In this document: piece after piece, positions 58,016-64,000 of the stretch | How positions within the stretch are numbered: the first letter of the stretch is position 1 | How the letters are laid out: each line of letters begins with the position of its first letter | Assembly: GCA_963729895.1 (NCBI GenBank) | Contig: CAVSQB010000018.1 | Span: 1-64,000 of the forward strand | DNA from: an uncultured Fibrobacterota bacterium | GTDB taxonomy: Bacteria; Fibrobacterota; Chitinivibrionia; Chitinivibrionales; FEN-1185 | DNA: 64,000 nucleotides | Direction of reading: 5' to 3' | Notes under the pieces: generated by a model | Told to the model about the DNA's origin: nothing | The model's database searches: none | Seen by the model: the letters and a program-made list of their open reading frames with translations, nothing else | Position numbers and translations under genes: made by a program

Positions 58016-60385
58016 ATGAGACTGCGAAGAATTTCAGTACTATACCTATCGATTTTCGTTGCTGGAGTCATAGAGGGAGCGGGTGGGGCTGAACTGTATG
58101 TATCTCCCGCGGGCAACGACTCAAACGACGGATCCCTGGGCGCTCCCCTTGCAACACTTACCGCGGCCCGCAACAAGGCGGACCAGCTCAAAACCGGAAA
58201 TACGCCGGTCACGGTGTATCTTCGCGGAGGCACCTATTATCTGGACACGGCGGTTATGTTCGGACCTTCCAACTCCGGTAGTGCTCAAGCGCCTGTTACC
58301 TACACCGCCTACGGCGCGGAAATACCGGTCCTTAGCGGTGGCATTAAATTGCCGGACACACTAACCTGGACGGTAAGTTCAGGCCGGATCATGGTTACGA
58401 ATATTGCAACCGGTCTCAAAGTCGACCAGCTTTTTCTCAACGGGAAACGGCAAATATTAGCCCGGTACCCGAATTTTGACTCCACTACGGTGATTCTTGA
58501 CGGTTATGCCGCCGATTGTATCAGCCCCTCACGCGTTGCCCGTTGGGCCAACCCCGCCGAAGGCCCGGGATATGTCCGAGGACTCCACCCAAACCTTTGG
58601 GGTGGGAATTCATTTATTATAACCGGCAAAGTCGGCCAGGATTCGGTAACGCTTCAGTGGGTCGGGGACAATAACAATGGAGACGGATTGCACCCCACGT
58701 ACCGAATGGTCGAAAATATCTTTGAAGAGCTGGACGCTCCGGGTGAATGGTTTTACAGAAAATCAACGGGGCAGCTTTATTTTTATCCTCCTGCAGGCAC
58801 AAACTTGAAAACCTCGACGATCGAGCTCGCATCCCGGGACGAGATTATTCAAATAATAGGGACGTCGACGGCCAAAGTATCATTTCTTGCTTTTAAAGGC
58901 CTGACCTTTACGCAGACCTACCGCACCTTATTCAGCAAACCCTACGAGGCGATTCTCCGCAGCGATTGGCATATAGCGCGCGCAGGCTGCATTTACATGG
59001 AGAATTCCCAAAATATCACGGTTGAGAATTGCTTTTTCGACCAAATCGGGGGGAACGGCATTTTCATGAGCGGGTACAACTGGTATAATGTCGTGTATAA
59101 CAACAACTTTGTTGACGCCGGCGCATCGTGCGTCAATTTGGACGGCCTGATGAGCGCGGTTCGATGTCCTTTTCTATGGTCTACCGCGACACCGTGCACC
59201 GACAGAACACCCGGACCGCTTACCTCCGATTTTCCCGCATTCTGCACCATTGAAAATAACACCATGAATCATTTCGGGAGATTCGAAAAGCAGACGGCCG
59301 GAGTCGATATGACGATTTCCGAATTCGATACTGTCAGGCACAACACAATTCATGACTGCCCTCGTGCGGGTCTCAATGTCGGCAGCGGATGTTTCGCAGG
59401 CCACGAAATTTCGTACAACTGGGTGTATAATTCGGTGCTCGAGACGTCGGACCATGGCCCTTTTAACTCGTGGGGACGCGACCGTAATCTGGATTTTGAA
59501 AATGATACGTCAGCCACCCAACTCGATGCGTGGAATACCACCGCCATTCACAACAACCGGTTGGAAGTGCGACAAGGGCTATTCGGCCTCGATCTTGACG
59601 ATCAGTCATCAAATTACTTGCTCTACAACAATCTTCTTTTGGGGAGCGGTCTCAAAGTGCAGTGGAGCCGGCATAATAGGTGGATTAATAATATCCTTGT
59701 CTACGGCGCCAATACGACGATAACCGGCGTATGGTGGGGCTCAAACGACTATATAACCCGTAACATCTTTACCAGCGGTCAACCGTATTGGTGCAACTTC
59801 TTTTCGCCTATTACGGACCCGAATTTGATTGCCGATACCATAAGCAACCACATAAAGTTGCTCGATTCCAACGTTATTTCAAACAGCGCTGGAAGCGTGT
59901 CTACCGAAGCGGGAAGTGTTTCATGGTCGAATTGGCATGCGGCCGGGCTCGACGTGCATTCGGTTTCGGGCGATCCGATGTTTTCGGACACGGCAAAGGT
60001 ATTTCCCAATTACACGCCACGAGGCGATTTCAGCGTAAAAGCCGGTTCCCCGGCGCTGACGGTCGGGTTTCAAAACTTTCCCATGGATTCGTTCGGCGTC
60101 ATGCCGGTACCGGCCACCGCCATTCGAGTTCCTCCGGCAGGTCGTCTGTGCGAAAATGGTGATGTGCAAACCGTCATTCGCTACGGTTCGGGCAGGATCA
60201 TCATTTCCCTCAGTGGCGAGTATCAGCTTACCGTGACAAACGCGCTCGGCAAAACCGTCAAGGCTTTCACCGGTAAGGGCAATTCCTGCTTTGCAATCAA
60301 CCCGAGGATCATCGGGAGCGGGGTTTATTTCGTAACCGTCCGAACCTTGCGGCAAATGGTGACAAGGCAAGTTTTGATAAATTAG
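58016..60385 (+). CDS. Secreted beta-helix glycoside hydrolase (GH141-like) with CTD
   Basis: YVSPAGNDSNDGS, VYLRGGTYY, LARYPN, EELDAPGEW and DHGPFNSWGRD; tail GSGVYFV. Confidence 0.75.
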   Translation: MRLRRISVLYLSIFVAGVIEGAGGAELYVSPAGNDSNDGSLGAPLATLTAARNKADQLKTGNTPVTVYLRGGTYYLDTAVMFGPSNSGSAQAPVTYTAYGAEIPVLSGGIKLPDTLTWTVSSGRIMVTNIATGLKVDQLFLNGKRQILARYPNFDSTTVILDGYAADCISPSRVARWANPAEGPGYVRGLHPNLWGGNSFIITGKVGQDSVTLQWVGDNNNGDGLHPTYRMVENIFEELDAPGEWFYRKSTGQLYFYPPAGTNLKTSTIELASRDEIIQIIGTSTAKVSFLAFKGLTFTQTYRTLFSKPYEAILRSDWHIARAGCIYMENSQNITVENCFFDQIGGNGIFMSGYNWYNVVYNNNFVDAGASCVNLDGLMSAVRCPFLWSTATPCTDRTPGPLTSDFPAFCTIENNTMNHFGRFEKQTAGVDMTISEFDTVRHNTIHDCPRAGLNVGSGCFAGHEISYNWVYNSVLETSDHGPFNSWGRDRNLDFENDTSATQLDAWNTTAIHNNRLEVRQGLFGLDLDDQSSNYLLYNNLLLGSGLKVQWSRHNRWINNILVYGANTTITGVWWGSNDYITRNIFTSGQPYWCNFFSPITDPNLIADTISNHIKLLDSNVISNSAGSVSTEAGSVSWSNWHAAGLDVHSVSGDPMFSDTAKVFPNYTPRGDFSVKAGSPALTVGFQNFPMDSFGVMPVPATAIRVPPAGRLCENGDVQTVIRYGSGRIIISLSGEYQLTVTNALGKTVKAFTGKGNSCFAINPRIIGSGVYFVTVRTLRQMVTRQVLIN

Positions 60386-60689
60386 GGTCACCTCATCCTC
60401 ATGAAAAATGTGCGTGACCTCGGGAACGTCCAGAGAAAATTATGGGTGACGAGAGGTCGTCTATATTTGCTATTTTGCAGAAAATGACGAGCGTCACCGA
60501 AAGTGACGTTCGGTGTTACACTGAATCTGGGCGTTTGTCAGAGGAATTGTTGCTCAACCGCATGATTAAGAAATGTGTAAAATAGCTGAAATAAATTGAT
60601 AGATTAATTGCTTGAAATGCGATGGTAGATCCTAAATGATCGACGGGACGATCTTTTCAAAAACAGAACTGCCTCGAAAGGATTATGTC

Positions 60690-63146
60690 ATGAAATTGAC
60701 AAAAAAAGATGGCACACGGCTTTGTTGCAGAACGGCGGTTGTCATGGGGGTTTGCCTGGCTTTGATGGCGCGGTCCGGCTCCTGTCAGACTGCGCCCTCA
60801 ACAATCAGGATCAAGACCGGCTCACCCAAAACGTCGCTTGAATCCTATATCATTTCCGATGCCGTCGGGTTTATGGCGAGAATGTTTTCCGATTCCATAG
60901 ATACCTCCGGATCAGGTTCCACGTTCGAGTTCGTTATAGGAACGCCGCAAAACAATGCTCTCATTTCGCAACAGGTGCATGGCGGCGCCATCGTTCTGCC
61001 GACCGGCACCTATGCCGGACAAGGGTATGCCATAAAAACCATCGGCAGCACCATTTACCTTGCCGCAAGCAGTGACACCGGGCTTTCCCATGGCATATAT
61101 GATCTGCTTCAACAGTATGGCGCCTATTTCCTGATTTCCGATGAAATCCTGCCGCAACAAACCGCATTCTCGGTGAAAAACATCAGCATAAGCGTTGCGC
61201 CCGCTTTCAAGTATTACGGATTGTTGCCCTGGGACAACTTTTTGTGCGGCATGTCCGGATGGAACGAGGTGGATTTCAGGCTGTGCATCGATCGAATGTT
61301 GCGGATGAGGCTCAATTTCATCGAGTTTCATTTCTATCCCGGATTGGCATATTATAATGAAACCTATTCCGATGGATCTGCGAGCGCAACTTCAGACCAC
61401 GTGGCTGACTGGGAAAATTCCTTCCAACCTAGCCAGATGGTGGGGGCAAGCGCCTTCGACACCATGTCCACATTCGGCACGCGGCAATGGTGGCAGAACC
61501 AGAGCAAAGGCGCTGTCGCTCAGGAGGATTCCTGTGAGGCAATGCTGAAAAGGATCATAGATTACGCTCACACGCGAGGGTTATCCACAGTCGTTGGTTT
61601 CTGTCTTATGCAGCCAAGAGGCGGGGATTTCACAATGACAAACGACAGAGGATGGACGCCCATGCCGGACCCGCTTAATGCTAAAAATGCCAGTTTGGAA
61701 GCGGACCGCTATAATCGTTTGGTGCAGCTTTACCCGAATTCCGATTACTATTGGATGTGGCAGGCCGAGGCCGGCGGCAATCTGTGGAACACCATAACCA
61801 ACGATGCAGCCGCGACTGCAATGCGCAGCCAATACGCTTCCTTAAATCCTTCCAGAAACGATGGGGGCGATATCGATTATGCCTACCTGTTTATGCAAAC
61901 CGTCAATCAACTGACTTCCGGGCAACGGAGCAAAATAGCCACCGGCGGATGGGACATGTCGGAAATATTCCCGGGGTTCGATAAGTATTGTCCAAGTGAA
62001 ATCATTTTTCACGGTATGAACTCGTGGGACACTCGGGAAGGGATAAGGGAAGCCACCAACGATTACAAGGTGAGCGCCAATCGTAGAACCTGGATGACCG
62101 ATTGGTGGGAATACGACGGTCTTGTCTGGTTCCCGGAATTCCGGGTAAAGAAGCAAGAAACAATGTACAAAGTGTGCGTTGCGAACAACGTGGAAGCCGT
62201 CACCTTGGATGGATGGAAACAATCCGGAGTGGAGCACAACATCAAGTACCTTGCCGAATTTGTTTGGAACCCCACGCTCACCGGGTCGCAATTCTACTCC
62301 GACTATTCCGAAAAAGTCTATGGAGCGCCCGCCGAATCGACGCTTGCCAATTTTTACATGGTGAACGACAGCCTCGAGCCGACCATTCCGGCTGCGACCA
62401 CGGGCGATTACCGCGTCATGAATATTTCCGAAGGATGGCAGCCGTTGCAGCTTTCAAGTTACGTCACGAGCACAACGGACCTTACATCCGGTTCGTGGAC
62501 CACCATCGTATCCGAATGCAAGTCGTTGGAAACGCAGCAACAGGCGCTCATGACTCAGGACCAGGCTTTTTCATCCTCTTTAAAAAGCCTCAGGCCGCAG
62601 CTTTCGGCAACGGGACAGTACTGGCTCGACTTGATGACCAACCGGCTTGATTTCAGGGCTTTATATGTTCAGGCATTGGTAGATGTCAATAAGTCGTATG
62701 TGGATTTTGATGCTGCCGGCAAGGCCTTAGGGATACCGCAGGCCAAGACGGCGGCATTTGCGGACCTGAACAATGGCCTTGAACAAATGTATCTTTCCAT
62801 TTTGAAATTGTCCGAATGCGCCCGCAACACCAGCGATCTCGGACTCATCGGACAGGTAAACATCCTCGCGTACAACGTGCTGAAACAATTCATCACGAGC
62901 AACGGCGGCGTCGTGGCAACCGCCGGTGAGCCTTCAAGATTGCGTCCGCTCCTGAATTCTCAACCGAATGCCCGTACGGTCTCGGTGTACACGTTGGAGG
63001 GGAAATTACTGTCCAGACAAACGGGAATGGGAATGCAAGGTCCGCTCCCGAGACTCCGGCCGGGCGTGTATTTCGTGAACGTGAGGAACGCGGACGGCAC
63101 CAGCAAAACCGTGAAGAGTCTCGTTGTCAACATGGTTGGCAAATAG
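60690..63146 (+). CDS. Secreted putative glycoside hydrolase (GH20b/GH67-type N-domain) with CTD
   Basis: QGYAI...GLSHGIYDLL, IDRMLRMRLN and IIDYAHTRGL; tail YTLEGK...PGVYFV. Confidence 0.65.
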   Translation: MKLTKKDGTRLCCRTAVVMGVCLALMARSGSCQTAPSTIRIKTGSPKTSLESYIISDAVGFMARMFSDSIDTSGSGSTFEFVIGTPQNNALISQQVHGGAIVLPTGTYAGQGYAIKTIGSTIYLAASSDTGLSHGIYDLLQQYGAYFLISDEILPQQTAFSVKNISISVAPAFKYYGLLPWDNFLCGMSGWNEVDFRLCIDRMLRMRLNFIEFHFYPGLAYYNETYSDGSASATSDHVADWENSFQPSQMVGASAFDTMSTFGTRQWWQNQSKGAVAQEDSCEAMLKRIIDYAHTRGLSTVVGFCLMQPRGGDFTMTNDRGWTPMPDPLNAKNASLEADRYNRLVQLYPNSDYYWMWQAEAGGNLWNTITNDAAATAMRSQYASLNPSRNDGGDIDYAYLFMQTVNQLTSGQRSKIATGGWDMSEIFPGFDKYCPSEIIFHGMNSWDTREGIREATNDYKVSANRRTWMTDWWEYDGLVWFPEFRVKKQETMYKVCVANNVEAVTLDGWKQSGVEHNIKYLAEFVWNPTLTGSQFYSDYSEKVYGAPAESTLANFYMVNDSLEPTIPAATTGDYRVMNISEGWQPLQLSSYVTSTTDLTSGSWTTIVSECKSLETQQQALMTQDQAFSSSLKSLRPQLSATGQYWLDLMTNRLDFRALYVQALVDVNKSYVDFDAAGKALGIPQAKTAAFADLNNGLEQMYLSILKLSECARNTSDLGLIGQVNILAYNVLKQFITSNGGVVATAGEPSRLRPLLNSQPNARTVSVYTLEGKLLSRQTGMGMQGPLPRLRPGVYFVNVRNADGTSKTVKSLVVNMVGK

Positions 63147-63171
63147 GAATATGCCAACAGGCCCCGGCGAT

Positions 63172-63263
63172 TGAAGAACCCCGAAGCAAGCTTCGGGGAA
63201 AAGGCAAACGACACAATAATAGGCGCGTGGCGCCACTACCATACCTTAGGGAACGCAGTGACA
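63172..63263 (+). repeat. TGAAGAAC-hairpin plus a module shared with 36554-36617
   Basis: TGAAGAACCCCGAAGCAAGCTTCGGGG followed by AAGGCAAACGACACAATA...GGGAACGCAGTGACA. Confidence 0.7.
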
Positions 63264-63712
63264 ATGCGCTCGCTGTGGGATTCAAGTACATCGCCGTCAA
63301 ATGGACGTCCGCGACCCGGTCGATTACTGTTCGCAACATCTGGCCCAAACACGGCGTGAAAAGCTCCGGCTGATGTTGTCCCCTTTGTCATCATCAGGAA
63401 CACCAAGGCATTCGTCGTTTGCGTGTTTTTGGTGTCCGATCTTGCCTCCGATCTTTATTCTATTTATTTCATTTCTCACCAAACAGGTGCGAGCAATCTT
63501 CAAATGTATCTTTACGAACAAAGTGATGATAGTTGGTTTAAAAATATATAGAAAGCATTGATTAAATTAACAATATATCAGTGCAATGCCCCGTGGTAAT
63601 TCTTAAATTAGTAAGCACAGGTTGCCGGTTCACATGCAAGCACGGGAATTGTAGAATAGATGGTACGCATGATCACTACTCACATTTTCTCGGGGAGGCA
63701 ACCATCCTTTCT

Positions 63713-64000
63713 ATGATTCCACACATACTCAAATGCGCTTCAATTGCGTTGGTATTCTCATGTGTCTATGTTTGTGCCGGTCAAACCGCGAGCGACTCCA
63801 CCCAGCCCGGCACAAAAATCGACGTTTTCGGTTCGGGCGCCGTTGAGGCGGGTGAAATTGAAGACGGGCATTACGGGGGGAATGTAAATGCGGAAATTCA
63901 GCATCTCTGGATCGGACACGTCTATGCCGATCTCGGGGTAAAGGCCAGGTTGAATGAACATTTTTCCGCTCTTGTTTCCCTCGAATCGCGTATTTGGTAC
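63713..64000 (+). CDS. Secreted or outer-membrane hypothetical protein, running off the window end
   Basis: Open frame MIPHILKCASIALVFSCVYVCAGQ...ESRIWY; signal peptide; alternating beta-strand pattern. Confidence 0.6.
   Translation, partial: MIPHILKCASIALVFSCVYVCAGQTASDSTQPGTKIDVFGSGAVEAGEIEDGHYGGNVNAEIQHLWIGHVYADLGVKARLNEHFSALVSLESRIWY

Overview
64 kb of bacterial chromosome, probably from a polysaccharide-degrading Fibrobacterota member (Chitinivibrionia/Chitinispirillia-like). This is inferred from TIGR02171-like proteins and many secreted proteins with T9SS-type C-terminal domains. Layout: (1) 0.2-17.4 kb: a GH20-like gene and a Wzx/Wzy polysaccharide cluster bracketed by two FGE/propeller/SGNH (TIGR02171-like) paralogues, with an IS1595 upstream of the cluster. 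(2) 17.7-22.6 kb: a decayed island containing the 3' half of tRNA-Arg(TCT), a truncated tyrosine integrase, IS5, a vapB remnant plus vapC, an attC site, a MAPEG gene and IS1380. (3) 23-46.5 kb: secreted CAZymes, three radical SAM enzymes, a PTS EIIA-diadenylate cyclase fusion, IS4 inserted at the pgi ribosome-binding site, and yjbQ with an apparent CTG start. (4) 47-64 kb: xylB/xylA-like/xylE, a double-GntR regulator and more secreted glycan enzymes. Best candidates for something new: a splicease-type radical SAM/SPASM enzyme coupled to a non-lipoprotein, T9SS-tailed protein with two Xaa-Tyr-Gly motifs (36842-38712), and a modular family of covarying hairpin intergenic elements (at least 6 copies) bounded by long structured inverted ends. 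All family assignments come from motif recognition by eye; no database searches were run.
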